A stretch of 63,286 nucleotides of DNA, the filler included, from Choristocarpus tenellus KU-1152 (lineage: Eukaryota > Protista > Phaeophyceae): NCBI GenBank assembly GCA_964200185.2. It is 10 parts of 10 records of this genome, joined end to end, with 100 filler letters (N's around TTAATTAATTAA, not from the genome) between each part and the next. Parts side by side here need not be neighbours in the genome. Positions count along the whole stretch, not along the records: positions 31,899 to 41,367 come from CAXNAD020003651.1; positions 41,468 to 47,081 come from CAXNAD020010249.1; positions 47,182 to 51,806 come from CAXNAD020013745.1; 7 more parts are not named here. One strand, 5' to 3'. A program made the position numbers and the translations under genes. This document shows, piece by piece, positions 36,781 to 50,100 of the stretch (the first letter of the stretch is position 1; each line of letters begins with the position of its first letter). The notes under the pieces are model-generated. The model saw only the letters and a list, made by a program, of their open reading frames with translations, did not search any database and had not been told where the DNA came from.

Positions 36781-39700
36781 TCAGAAGTTTTCATCATCAG
36801 TTCTGCTGGATCCATGAGAGCTCTCACCCTCAGAACTCTCATCATCCTCATCGATCAGTGAGCCTGACTCCTCGTCCGAATCAATAAGGAACACCTTTTT
36901 GATGGAGATGGGGGAAAGGCCAAGTGATTATGCTGGCGAAAAATGTACAGTGAAGTGTTGCTAATACCTTTGGCTGGTGCTTTTATTGCATTTAAGTATT
37001 ATTCCTCCAGTTCTAACCCCTTTCATGGTGTGGTGTGTTATTTTACATCATTGCAAGGTTGGTAACACAATCGCCATTTAAAGATTCAATACCAACAGGT
37101 CAGCTGAGCTAATAAATGTTAGCCTCAAAATGTTACATTGAGATACATACATTAAGAACCATACCCTTAACGTTTTGGCATCATGGTTCTATCCTCTGCC
37201 TACACTGTAGCACATGCTCAAATGATCGATCTGAAGCAAGTCCTTTATGATTTCTGAGTTTTTTCTTGCCTCCTCATCCTCGCTGGTGGCATCTGATTGG
37301 TTGAGATCACTGCCAGAATCTCCACTGGAAGATGCTCCTCCGGAACTGTTCCCATGGTCCTTCTGTGGTAGGGAATGTCAACAACACCATTGAGGGGTGT
37401 TTCATGGTGTTATTTCTGCATGCACAAGGTGCTGGTGGTGTTAAGGTGTGCAGGTGTAGTGTGAGTGTTCAGGTGGAAGATAGTGAGAGATGAGGGGAAG
37501 GGGACAGGAAAGGAACCGCGTGCCTGCAAAAATTTACAAGAACTTTGAAGTGGTACCACAGAATAAAATACAGTACTTCAGTTGTATGGAGCCCGCTGGC
37601 CACATGGAAGTATGAAGGGAGCGCTAACACCCAAGTGAAAAAGTATGAACTTTCTCAGTGTCTTTTTTTGAAGCAGAATGCTCAGTGAGTGTCAGTGGTC
37701 AATTATTGACACTCTGACATTTGTACACATGTGATCTTGCAAAATAGAGCAAGGCAAGAGAGTTCCAACTTCAATGCCTGTCACATTGGCACCACTGCCA
37801 AAAGAAATGTACTGCATGCACACATGTACTTGAGATATTCGTGCACACCAAAATAGGCATCCATACCGAGACATGAGTAATTGGAATTGTGGTTACTTCA
37901 TCTTGGCTAAGCTTACCCCACAGCAGCACACTTCCCATTTGTGACACCTTCATATCACAGAACAGGAGAAGCATAACACAATGAGAAAAAAAAATTGAGA
38001 TGACAAGCACAAACAGTTAGTCCAGAAGAGTAAGAAATTGAGATTAGGACCACATTTTCTCAGCTTTCTCACCCTTGCATCCCCCAAACTCTCCCCCTTT
38101 CCACTGCTTCCCCTTGCACTGCTAGCACCAACCCTGCCCCCTCCTCTGGCACTGCTTCTCCCTCCTCCACCATTGCTAGGCTGCTTACCGCTGCCATGAG
38201 TGCTCCCACTCCCACCACCTCCTCGACTTCCCCCCCTTGATGACCCCTTGGTGGATTGGTTGAATGATGGATACTTGTTCCGAAGAAGTTCCTCTTCGAT
38301 AGCACTCTCGTTTGTAGGCTCTCGACCAATGAACTTTTGGAAGGAAAAAAAAGGAAAAGGAGATAGAGAGGATAATGTTACCAACAGCTAAGAAGAGAAG
38401 GTCCAATGGGAGGGGGTGCCAAGAGGGAAACCATATCGAAAGCGTAAAAATAGATGTGGAAGGGAGGCTGGGGATAGAAGCTGCGTTTGATGGTTCACTT
38501 TGTCAAATGAAGCAATGAGTATCCCTGAGTCATTCAGCTCTGGTATGATAATTGGTACTTTCAATTACCTGTATTACTCAGTAGGGTAACAGTCTTGAAA
38601 GCAAGGGGATGAAATGTGACTGACTTGCTTGGTATTGCAAGCACATGCTGTGTTGTACCTCTAGCTTAGGACACAATGGCATGTTTAACCCGGCAGCGTG
38701 TATGGCTATAGTGATGTGCACAACATTCCATGTCAGCTCTCTCCCAATGTGTACAATCAATCACAAAATGGCTGAGCAGTATTTGGTGTAAAGCATACAA
38801 GTGGCAAGGCAGGGCAAAGGAAGAAGGCATCCAGTCACCTGCTTGAGCTGCTCTCTGCGTATGCGTTCAGCGTTACGGTTTCGTTTCCTCTCATACTCCT
38901 CAAGCTCCTCCTGCCCATATTGAAATCAAGGTTAGGGGTTGGAACTGTGGTCGGCTTGGGTGGAGCTCTTAGTAGGGGTTTGAGGGAGTTGGTGTTGAGC
39001 GCATAAACAAGTATGGGTTATTGATACAGAAGCATCATAATGGCAAAGTGCCGATATAGGAACTGCAGGTTTCTATGCAGATCCATGCCAGCTACTGTAG
39101 TCAGACTGAAGCGGTGCCAATTTTGTTGTGAGACTGGGCAGAGGAGTGCAAAAGGGAGGGAGAGGTTAGACTACCATAGTTATTTCGGAACAAACCCTCC
39201 TAAACCTCTAGTAACAAAGAAGCTGCATAGAAAAACAACCTTAGACAGGGATCAACCACCATATTGCATTATTTTAATACCTCCAAAGCATGTCAACACT
39301 ATTCTGTAGCACTTCACACCATTGCATCTCCCCCCAGAATATCTCTATAAGCACCCAGCCAATCGCAAAAGGATTAAACTTCCATAGCAGCCCACATGTT
39401 CAAGAGGCTATCTACTCAGTCCTATCCCAAGCCTAACCCCCTGAAGAGGAACTGGAGCTGATCCTCTGCTCTCAGTGAGTGATCACAATCCGAATGGCTC
39501 ACACATAAACCCTTTCCATGCACTCAACAATCACAACCCCCTTCCTCTCCCCCACCTGCTCCAGCTTGTGGTATTGTTCCAGCTCATGCTCAAGATAATC
39601 CAGGTTCCTAAATCGGTCCATGTATACCTCATAGAAGCGACGCAGCTCACCCTCCAGTTTCTCTAGTTCCTCTGCAAATGCAGGGCGGTGTGCCTTGTTG

Positions 39701-40717
39701 CCATGAAAAAAAAATGGTACAGAAATACAGAGAGACAAAATAGTGTGTGAAGCTAAAGTTTGAGTACTGTTTTGTCCTGAACAAACCACCCATCCTTAAA
39801 GTACAAGTATTTTCATTGAATAACAATATGAGTGTGAACTTTCCCGTTTTAGAGGGCGTGGGGGGGGGATACCGCAATACGCCAACAAGTCACACTCTCT
39901 GTTGTAGAGATGTGCCCATCTCACTCTGGGAGAAAAGGCTTGCAAGCCACTGGTGATGGAGGTGATCCTCTCATTTCAGGAGATGCAACGATATGTCGTT
40001 TCAAACTTCTACTTTTAGTGTCCCCACAATAGATATGTGTAGGATTCACTACTAACTTATTAGACATCACCACGGAGTCATGTATTTCGTAGATATTTCG
40101 CGTGTAATACACATTCTCAAGTACCACTTCCTTGAGGATGCCACTGCCACAGCTACAAGAAGCACTATAGAGCAGAAAATAGCAGTTTTGTTACCCCAAA
40201 ATATCACGGCTGTAGCCAGTGATCGGGGGGTCTCTTCTCTGTAAACTTCTGGAAAGCAGGCACAGATTAGTATCCCACAACGGCAGTAGAACCACTGTCC
40301 CTACCACTCCACAGCACTTGAGTCAACTGCAGTATGAACAACTGCAAACCTCTAAAATTGTCATACTAAGGTATCCTGTCCCACATCTGATTCAATGTAT
40401 ACTCTTGTGCAATTGTTCCACCATTATGGTGCCCAACCAATCAGTACTTGCGAAAAAAAAATCGATAAAAAATAGGACACACTGAGCCTAAGATCCACAG
40501 GTGCAAGTACCTGCAGTGACTTGAGCCTCTTCTCCCCCCTTTCCAAATCAGCTTGTTTCTTCCTGATCTCGCCCTCCAATGCGGCCTCATCAGCCTCAAG
40601 GTCTTCACACTGGCGGCGCAGCGATGTGATACTCTCTCTGGTCCGGGCAAGGATTTCTCTGCCTCCAGACTCAATTAGCTCACTCTCACTCGTTGAACCC
40701 AAGTTACCCGAGACAAC
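36781..40717 (-). CDS. CLUAP1: CLUAP1/IFT38, C-terminal exons 6-11
   Basis: Exons 40717-40511, 39693-39556, 38910-38839, 38333-38073, 37362-37270 and 36894-36781. LEADEAALEGEIRKKQADLERGEKRLKSLQAHRPAFAEELEKLEGELRRFYEVYMDRFRNLDYLEHELE is the CLUAP1 coiled-coil signature, and the acidic tail ends DDENF*. Confidence 0.9.
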
Positions 40718-41579
40718 CTGAGTGAGCGAAAGCCTGGGCATTGTTAAGAGGGGAACCAAGAGGGATACTCAAATGATTTTCAGAAAGGAAAAGAGAAATA
40801 GCTCTCCCAAAGGATCAACTCTGTGGGAAGGAGGAGCGGTGGCATCTGGTGATAGAGAAGGGTCCCCCACTAGCAAAACTCTTGCAAATTTTGAAATGGG
40901 ACAGGGTGGGGTAGAGAAGAAATTTGGTCACTAGAGCGGGGGGGGATTCAGGATGACCACAGTCTAGGACCTAGCCTGCATTGTGTCTCACAGAAAATGG
41001 TTCTTACTATGCTGTTATTTTGCTTTGCTTGACTGTAGTCATTGGCCTATCTGAGATGCTCTGGAAGTCAATGGATCAGAAAACTATGCCATCCTTGGTT
41101 TGTTGTCAACAAAACTCTTTTGCAAACACCCCTTGTAATCAGTACTTTCATTTTGAAGAGAAGTACATACACGTTGATTACCCCCTTGCACCTCTCCCCA
41201 AGTCTAACACGATCATGAAAGAAGTACTGTCAAACGTTGCTTCAATTTTCCGCAGAGTCCATTGCACTACAATGTGTATTGGGTGTGGAAGCGTGTACAC
41301 TTGTACTCAACTGATCCGAGAGAGAGCTCTTGATTTTTTGTTTGACTCTGGCAGTAGTATACCACCCNNNNNNNNNNNNNNNNNNNNNNNNNNNNNNNNN
41401 NNNNNNNNNNNTTAATTAATTAANNNNNNNNNNNNNNNNNNNNNNNNNNNNNNNNNNNNNNNNNNNNTGCAAAAACAGTCGCAAAAAAAAACCTTTCAGT
41501 ACTTTTTTAAGACCGTTTTGGCAGAACAACCATCCTCATAGCCCCGCTCCATCCTCAATTTTGAAAATCCTCTGTTCTC

Positions 41580-42890
41580 GGTGGAATCGCAGAAGACTTC
41601 GGAATTTCCTGAATCACCGTATTCCGTCATCTGAAGGAGTATGAGAACCAGATTGTACGGAGCGAATGCATGGGTCTTGTATGACGTCAAAAGGGTTATG
41701 TGACCCCGTGCAGGTATCCTCAACGTTTGGTATGTCCCATTGTTACACCGCGCATCCTTCCGCGAATGGGGGACCAAAGCTGGGGTCTCCCTTGCCTCAT
41801 TGTTGTTGGATCTGTGAAAGCACAAGAGGGTGAAGGCCAAGCGGTGGATTAAGCCATTCTCTCAGACCAGTAAAACGTCAAAGGGGTAGGTTTCGTCATC
41901 AGCCACATGCACAGGAGAGGGGGATGTGGGGTACAGGTGGATATGTATGACTGGGTGCATGTGGACGAGAAGTGGATTTGCACTCTCAAAGATGGACAAG
42001 GTGTGTGCCTGCACCCCCTTGAGGACCCCCCCAAACCCCAATGGCAACAGAATAAGCCTTACAATACGAAGGTGAAGTTCTTCGTAACTGTGACCCACTA
42101 TAGAAAGTTCTCTAACAGGGTGTTAAATGGGAAAATCGGGATCAGGCCAATTGTGAACAATCAGGTTGCTCCACGCTCCAGCAAACACTGCCCCAAGGGC
42201 GTCAAGGTGCTTTTGCCAGCCACAGTGGATGAGGAGAGGTATAATAGGCCATCAGCTACTAAGTTTGGCTTATGGCGCAGAAATTTTTAAAATGAAATTC
42301 GGCCATCATGGTGCAAACCATCCTGTAAAAAATTTAATAGAACAAACCGTTTCCATTAGTAGCCAAAATCATAATTATGCTGTATCTAATAATGTTCTTC
42401 CAGAGGGGGTTAATGTGATTGCAATAAGAAGCTCATGATCCAGGATATCATCCTGGCAATCAAGGTTTACAAGCCTAAGTAGGAAGGACACACCATCTTC
42501 GTGCAACAGAACCAGGCGATGCCACACACCAAGGGGTCAATCATGGATGTAATCGAGAATGTAGTGAGTGACGACATTGTCATAGAGACCCAGCCAGCCC
42601 ACTCACCTGACCTCAATGTAAACAATGTGGGACTATTTCATTCCATCCAGCAACTGAAGGAGGAAGAAATGGGGGTGACCAACACCGAGGAGCTGGTGAA
42701 GGCCACAAGGGAGACGTTTGATATGCACCCTAGGGAGACACTAGTGAAATCCTGACTGAGTCACTTTGCTGTCTACGGTGAAGTGGTGGGGTCCAAGGGT
42801 GACAAAGTCTACAAACCCCCCATCTTAGCAAGGAACAGGCTGAGAAGGCGGGCAAACTCCCTTTGAATGCCCTGGTGGATGTGGTGAAAT
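41580..42890 (+). mobile_element. Near full-length degenerate mariner (plant/oomycete-type) transposase with ~180-bp nested insertion
   Basis: HTH (IAEDFGIS), DMYDWVHVDEKW, KVKFFVTV, GKIGIRP, IFVQQNQAMPH and ETQPAHSPDLNV occur in order, with stops and frameshifts. An AT-rich insert at ~42247-42423 interrupts ERY|KKLMIQ. Confidence 0.9.
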
Positions 42891-45025
42891 AATGTGGTGG
42901 AGTGGAGTATTGGAAGGCTTTGGGGGTGGAATCATAGATAAGATTTTGGTGGGCAACTTTTAGTGTCTGCACAATGCACCCATAAAATAAGAATAGGTGA
43001 AGAAAAAAATCTTGCTCCTTTCTCGGGGCTGCAAAAGTATTGTTATACAGTATTTAATTCCAAACAGAGGAAGTACTACGTAGTAAGCTGAGTCTTGAAC
43101 CTCTCAACCATTTTAGTACATATCATTATTTACACATTTTATACTTTTTGCTCAATTGTGGAAAGCAGGTTTGCCTGTTGTCATACCATTTTTGCTGCAT
43201 ACCATATGTCATCATACCGTTTGGTGTTCCTTGTCAGGAATCCTGGATTCCAGTAGACATATGGTATGCAGTCCTGGGAATCTCTTCAAGAGACCAGTCC
43301 CACCGGTGGACTGTCTTCCTTCAGAGATACTAAGAGTCGAGGTATGACGTCACCTCCTCTTGCTCTGATCCGCTATCATCTGTGTTCACTCTCCACTCTC
43401 CACAATTGTCGTTGTCCAACCTCACCTCGTCCCTATCGGTAATAGTTTGTTCTGGTCCATCTTGCTCTGTTATTGTCTTCTTCACTTCCCTCCTTGCCTG
43501 AGCTAACCATGCCGGCAAAGAAGAACATGATAAACAGAATACTACGATACTAATAACCCACTACATAGTATTAAAAACATTTATTATTGATCATGTTGAG
43601 AAAAAAACAGATTCACCGACTTAATAACATACACTTATTTTTGTGGTGAGAAACGCTCTTGTGTTAAGGAACAGAATAAGAAATTCCTTATTTTCTCAAG
43701 CATTGAACCTCCTTTCCTCACCAAAGAAACGACATAATTTGAAGACTTGACTTTCTGTAGGATGTTTCTACCTTGGCAATACTCTATGTACTAAGTGTTT
43801 TTTTTATCAACCATGCTGGGGTTTTTTTATGCTAATAGAAAAAAAAGAAAGCCGTAACAGGTTTGATATACACGGGAAATGTCTGCACGATTCAAGACTC
43901 AATGACGATATTCTTATCATGATATATACTTTGTACGTACTTGAGACTATATATGTAGGTATGCTTTATGTGCATGGACTAGCAAGTTGCAACCACAGGT
44001 TCAGCCACCAACCAGGCCTCAAAGACAAGGCTTATTGCATAATCATTACTATTTACAAGAAAATAAATCAACCACTCCCCATGCATTAAGGTGGGACATC
44101 CCTAAGTTACCGTTATACAGCTCATATGTGCTGTCTGCTAGTTGAATATTCAGCTCTGCCCACAACTACTCCTACTAAGGGTGGGAACACCCTACCCAAC
44201 ACTTGAAAATGTTGACATGTCTTGCATGATGATACTCCACAACACATTCTGAAATATTACTCATTTTTGGTAAGAAAACTCGGGTTCAAGACAAACCCAT
44301 CCTTGCACTCACTGTAAAAAGACATTCAAGCACACCATGAATTAAGTTTCGGGACCCCATATAAAAAACAAACACCGGCAGTGAAACAACGTAGAGCTCT
44401 AAGTTAGTTTTTCGGTTATGGATGCTCCATAACCTGCAACTTATTGAGAAGGCAAGAAACAAGGAAGAACTTGTCGCTCAACAGTTCAAAAACACACACA
44501 CAATGTAACCCTTCTTCTCCCAGTCTAAAAACAAGAGACTACACTCAAAAGCAAAATATACACAAAAACCTAGGGGAAGATAAGGGCGGTAAGGTAGCTC
44601 CTGCAGCAGCGTCATCTATGCCACAAATAGATACCTGTGCACCATCACATCAAATAATCAGTCGAGCCTGTGAACCCTGCATATAGTACACTATAAAAAT
44701 AAAATACAAAAACCAGAACCCAGAAGAGCATGACTGTGTGGGCTCCAAATCAAACATAACGTCATTACCCGATACCCCACAACTGTTAACCCTCCATCCT
44801 TGCCAAAAGTTTAGCCAACAAAGAGGCGGACACACCCTTAAGAATTAAACCTTTCCTGGATCTGTCCTCTCCACACCATTCGTACCTAGAACCTGATGCA
44901 AGATTTTCCACTCAAACATCCCACTTGAGAATGCTCCACAACTACACCTCACACCAGGCAATTCATATCTATCAGCCACAAAGCATGGACAGGAGATTGC
45001 ACAGATGGCTCAAAGGCATCACTAA

Positions 45026-45780
45026 TCACTCCTGAAAGGCCGTATGTTCATAAATGGGTGTGGTAGAAGTGTTGCCATTCCCGTTCATCATCTCTAGTGC
45101 ATCCAGACGTTTGTGCACTGCCTCAACACTGGTTGCTACATCTTTGAGAAGACCCTCCAGCAACAACTCCTTCCCCACAACTTCCGGAACTGCAGCCTTG
45201 GGCTGGGCAAGTTCTTCAGGAGTTTTGTGTTCAAACACTGTGGCGTATGGAGATCGTTTCGTGGAGCCATTGTAGGTCTCATGCACAGTATCGTTTGGTA
45301 CCTACCAAGGGTAAGAGGAGAGAGAGAGAGAGAGAGAGTGAAGTGGAATGGGGGGTCATGCCAACATTTATATTTACTTTTATATTTATATTTATATTCA
45401 ATCCACGTGAATGGACAGGCCAACCACATAGGTATATTTCCCTCTGCAAAACATTACTTTAGCCCAAACACATTCTAAATACCATCCTGTTGTAGCTCCA
45501 CCACAGAACGAGCGATTACCTACAAGCAATGTAGGCTACAAATGGTCAACACATGGTCTGGTAACAGTTACACAACACAGAACACCACAGAGCGACTCCG
45601 GTTACTACAGAGCCCAAAAAAAAAATCACATGGGGTCTCTTCTCTTGTGAGCAACAAGAGTACACTATAGGAGATGTGAAAATATCATCCAATGATCTAG
45701 CCGCACAAAGTCTGCTCACCTTGCTTTCTTCCTTCGCTTCGGTATCTTTGGAGATCACCTTGAGAGCAACGGAGTTCCGC
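45026..45780 (-). CDS. 3' exons of an unidentified protein (coiled-coil-like C-terminus)
   Basis: Exons 45780-45720 (RNSVALKVISKDTEAKEESK) and 45301-45026 (VPNDTVHE...LLKDVATSVEAVHKRLDALE...FQE*) splice in frame. A possible upstream exon ends at a GTAAGT donor near 46187. Confidence 0.5.
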
Positions 45781-45786
45781 CTGGGA

Positions 45787-45955
45787 TTTGATACATACAT
45801 TTGATACATACATTTGATACATACATTTGGTACATACATTTGATACATACATTTGGTACATACATTTGATACATACATTTGATACATACATTTGGTACAT
45901 ACATTTGGTACATACATTTGGTACTTACATTTGATATATACATTTGATACATACA
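45787..45955. repeat. 13-bp minisatellite (TTTGRTACATACA) x13
   Basis: 169 bp = 13 units; explains the MYQMYVSNVCIKC-periodic ORFs. Confidence 0.95.
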
Positions 45956-47181
45956 GGATGGCAACGGAAATTAGAAGGGTTCACCAATGACAAATTGCTA
46001 CAGCAGCAGCCCCTATAAATTACAAAGTATAGCATCGTTCCACCCTGCTCTCAAACTGTAATCCTGCATTTTGTGATAAATAGTGAGCAATCTGAATCTT
46101 TACTAGCCCCAACCTCGACATAAGATACACATCCTTCAGGTGTTCCAGATGATCTTCCCTCCACTGCAAGTAAAGGCACCTTACTTACTGCAGGAGGAGA
46201 TTCCACACCAAAAAGGCGGTAGATTGTACCCAGTGCATCATCAACAACGGACTAAGTACATCCATTGTCACACCAATTGCAGTCTACCATCAGCTTCACC
46301 TGTTGTGGGGCACACCACCTGCAAGACCTGAAATCATACCCAACTTTTACAAATGCAACACACTCACCGTTCCCACGCTGTGACACTGCTGAGAATTTTT
46401 CATACCACACAGAACTTCACAGGAGTTGAGATAATGCAAGGAACAAAGGAGTGCAGTAGAGCATAACCTACAAGTTTGGTGGCCTCTCACACTACTCTTA
46501 CGATCATATCGATAAAACTCTCGCTAGACACAGAAGCAGCAGATTATTGCAACTGTCATTCATCACACTTCCCTATCCCTGACTCCAACCCCTGTATCTC
46601 TCCGTTGCTATTTCGAGAGATCGGAAAAAAACTAAATCTTTTTCTCACTTCTTATTTTTACTTTAATACAAAAAAATAATAAAAAGAGATTTTTCCCATC
46701 AAGTGATTCAGGGCAAGGCAATGGCGCTACCTTGCTTGCATACCTACCTACACGTTCCTATCAGCTGTGATTTCATTGGGTGGGCTCCAAAATCGTGCGT
46801 CTAGAAAGCACGTGCACTCCCCCCACCCCCCGGAAAATGGCACTCCATCTGTGGTAAGACCCAACATAATAACATGAGATATTCCTCAACCCTTTGTGTA
46901 GGGCACAAAATGAAAGTACTCCAGAGCTACAACACTTGCAAATATTCCAGCTGTTTTTCTACAAAACCACCTTCAAAGTCTTCATATGTACATGTTGAAT
47001 TAATTACATGCATGCAATCCAAATTGCTGACGAGTGATGGGGGGGGGGGGGGGGGCAGGGGCAGAGGGGACGAAAAATGTANNNNNNNNNNNNNNNNNNN
47101 NNNNNNNNNNNNNNNNNNNNNNNNNTTAATTAATTAANNNNNNNNNNNNNNNNNNNNNNNNNNNNNNNNNNNNNNNNNNNN

Positions 47182-50100
47182 ATCTTGTGGTAACACTGGT
47201 GCAGCACCCTCAACAGGCCCCAGTTCCCCACCCATCGCCACACCCCCCCCAACCTGCATCTCTTTGACAGCGGCAAAGAAACCTTCAGCAGATGAAACCA
47301 ACGACTCATCACCCAAGCCCGGTTCATTCACCTGTTCATCTCTCCCAAAGGCCATCTTCTCCTTCTCCTCAAAGGACACCTTACCTGTACCTTCTGCCCC
47401 AGTGAGGGTCACCAAAGACAACACCTTCTCTTTTTCACCTCCCCCTGCCTCTGCACCTTCCTCCAACACAAAGTTGTCTTTCATCACCTTGCCTTTCCCT
47501 TCCTCCTCTGCTCCTGTTTCCTCTTCCCTTTTAGGCTCGTTGACTGAAGGGGCCTTCTTCACCCTGGCATCCTCCACCATAGACTCTGCTTCCTTCTCTT
47601 GCTCATTATCCAATTTCTTCCCAGCAGCATCAACTGCCAATGTAACCAAATCTCCCATCCCCGTCTTACGTAACACCTCCCCCTGCATCAATTTTAAGTC
47701 CTCCCCCTCTTCATCAGATCTATCTTTCCCATCGCCAATATCAATGCCCTCCTCCTCCTTTCCCATTGCGTTAGCAGTAACAACCACCTTCTCTACACCA
47801 ACAGCCCCTCGCAATTGCTCCCCTTCCCCTCCCCCCTCCCCACCCTCCTTCTTACCACTGTACTCCTCCTCCTTTCCCTTCACCTTAACAGCATCAACCA
47901 CCTTCTCTACACCAACAGTCCCTTGCAATTGCTCCACCTCCCCTCTCCCCTCCCCTCTCTCCTTCTTCTCACCAGCTTCCTCCTCTTCATCTCCCTTCGA
48001 TTCAACAGCAACCACCTTCTCTACACCAACAGCCTCTTGCAACTGCTCCACCTCCCCTCCCCCCTCCCCCCTCTCCGCGCTCTCACCAGCGCTGTCCTCC
48101 TCTTCTTCCTCCTCCTGCGTCAACTCAACAACATTGACCCCGCTCTCAAGATCACCGTCTTTCTGCCACTCCCACCCGATCCCTCCCCCTTGCACCCCCT
48201 CATTTTCCTCATTAACACTACCAGTCCGAGCAGCAACAGCGTCTTCACCATCCTCTTTCAACCACCAAGGCCTCTCGAGTGAGAGTCCCTTAACAAATTT
48301 AGGGTCATTATCCTTCAATTTCCCTTTCTTCCAATTTTCTTTCCTCTTTGCCGCCTCCTCAATCTCCAACTCCTCCGCGTGACTGATCTCTACTAACCAC
48401 TCGGGGAAGTTATTTATGGAACTCCCCTGCGCGTATCTTTCTATTGCACCCGAGTCGTCTGTATTACTGACATCCAAAACCATGAGATTATCCTTGTTCA
48501 TACCTTCACTGCCCTTGCCCTTCGTCTTCTCGACCTCACTTCCACTTGCGTCCTTGGCCTCACGATCACCCTTAGCATCTCCCCCCTCCCCACTACCACG
48601 ATACCCTTGGTGACCCTGCACCTTCCCAGTTGCCGGCAAGATCGTTGACAACGTGGGAGTACCCTGAAGAGAAGAGTGGGAGGGGCAGGGGGAAGACGAT
48701 CTTAGAGGGATTTCCTGACCCTAACCCTAACCCTAACCCTAGGTGCAGAGTGAGAAGGCGAAGGAGAGCACGGAGAGGGCAATATGCTACAAAAAGCAAG
48801 ACAAAAGAAAATTGCTGGAGGAGGGCCTGTACGGCGGACCTTCACTTGGCAGAGGGGTCAATAAATCACCGTTTCTACATGGTACGCCATGCCTTGATGG
48901 AATGCAATGTTAGACCAGTAAGATTCAGTCGCGCAATCATTATGTGCAAACAATGCAATCCGATACAACACTGTAGAGCTCAATGCCACTATCACACGGC
49001 CTCACACAGAACGTGCACACAGATCTGCAGGTGGTGAAAATTCATGCGGAATCTTCATTGCACTAGATGACCCAGACTCGCTTGGAGGATTGATATCGAC
49101 GTCCCAACAACTCAGTAAGTGACACTGCCGAACGGGATTCATTGAAACAGCCTACCCCCACCTTGCCACCCAACCATTCTTTCTCCCTTCTCTTCTCTCA
49201 ACAGCATGTACAACAAATTACTAACCAAAGATAGCAGTCTTCCAACACCAAAAAATCTGCATTTCAAGCCTTCTGAAAAATACAGCACATATTAAAATTC
49301 CTTTCCTTCTTCTGAGAGCTCCACGGTCACATTGTGGTTGTTGTATGATAACAACTGTGACCAAATCATCATGGTTAACACACATTGGGTCCTGACAAAG
49401 AGTTGAGAAAACGTCTTCTTGCCCAAAATGCAAAGGGTAGGACACGCACTCGATACTATCCCATCCTTCTTTTCCTCCTCAAAAACCACTTTCCAAGCAC
49501 TCACACACCTCCAAGACCAAGCCTCCTTCATATTCCACCTCCTGTCCTGATTTGTGCCTTTTTGTAGTAAGGAAAGATATGGAGTGCATTGCAGGAGGCA
49601 GCACAGAGGAGGGGAGGATGGTGGAAAGCAAGGTTTTCATATCATGTTGCCAGAATGGATGAGACAAATGTGGGGAACAAATAGGGTTGACTGTGTTGCA
49701 AGAAGCACCAGAATTCTCTCTACTACGAACCTCGGAGAAAGGGAGGGAGTAGGGCTCAGGTGTAGTTGTGTACACGTAGGCTATGTAGAGGAATGGACAA
49801 GGTCATGAGAAAGAAAACAAATCTTGGGGATATTTCCCCACCAACCAGAAACGTTCCCATGAAGTTAAATGCAACAAGCATCAGACAGGGACAAGCAAAA
49901 AAATATAATTCCTTGCAGAATGATTTTGTATCAGGATTGGAAGCACGCCAAAATTGTGTGCGAGCACTCAGAGGGTGTGTTTGCTATTGTGCCCCTATCA
50001 ACAAAGCATGGAATGTAAGGAAGGTGAGTGGTGAAAGGAGGGGTACAGTTTTATGCTCCAACGTGGCCCGTGCGCACCATATTAAGCACCTCTTGGGTAC

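Noticed and set aside
43150-43520. Acidic minus-strand ORF fragments
   Set aside because: Interrupted, no recognisable domain or consistent splice model.
45546-45964. Three overlapping ORFs with MYQMYVSNVCIKC repeats
   Set aside because: Artefact of a stop-free 13-bp minisatellite.
47264-48382. 372-aa Ser/Pro-rich plus-strand ORF
   Set aside because: Antisense shadow of the Glu/Gly-rich minus-strand exon, which has the splice acceptor and upstream exons.
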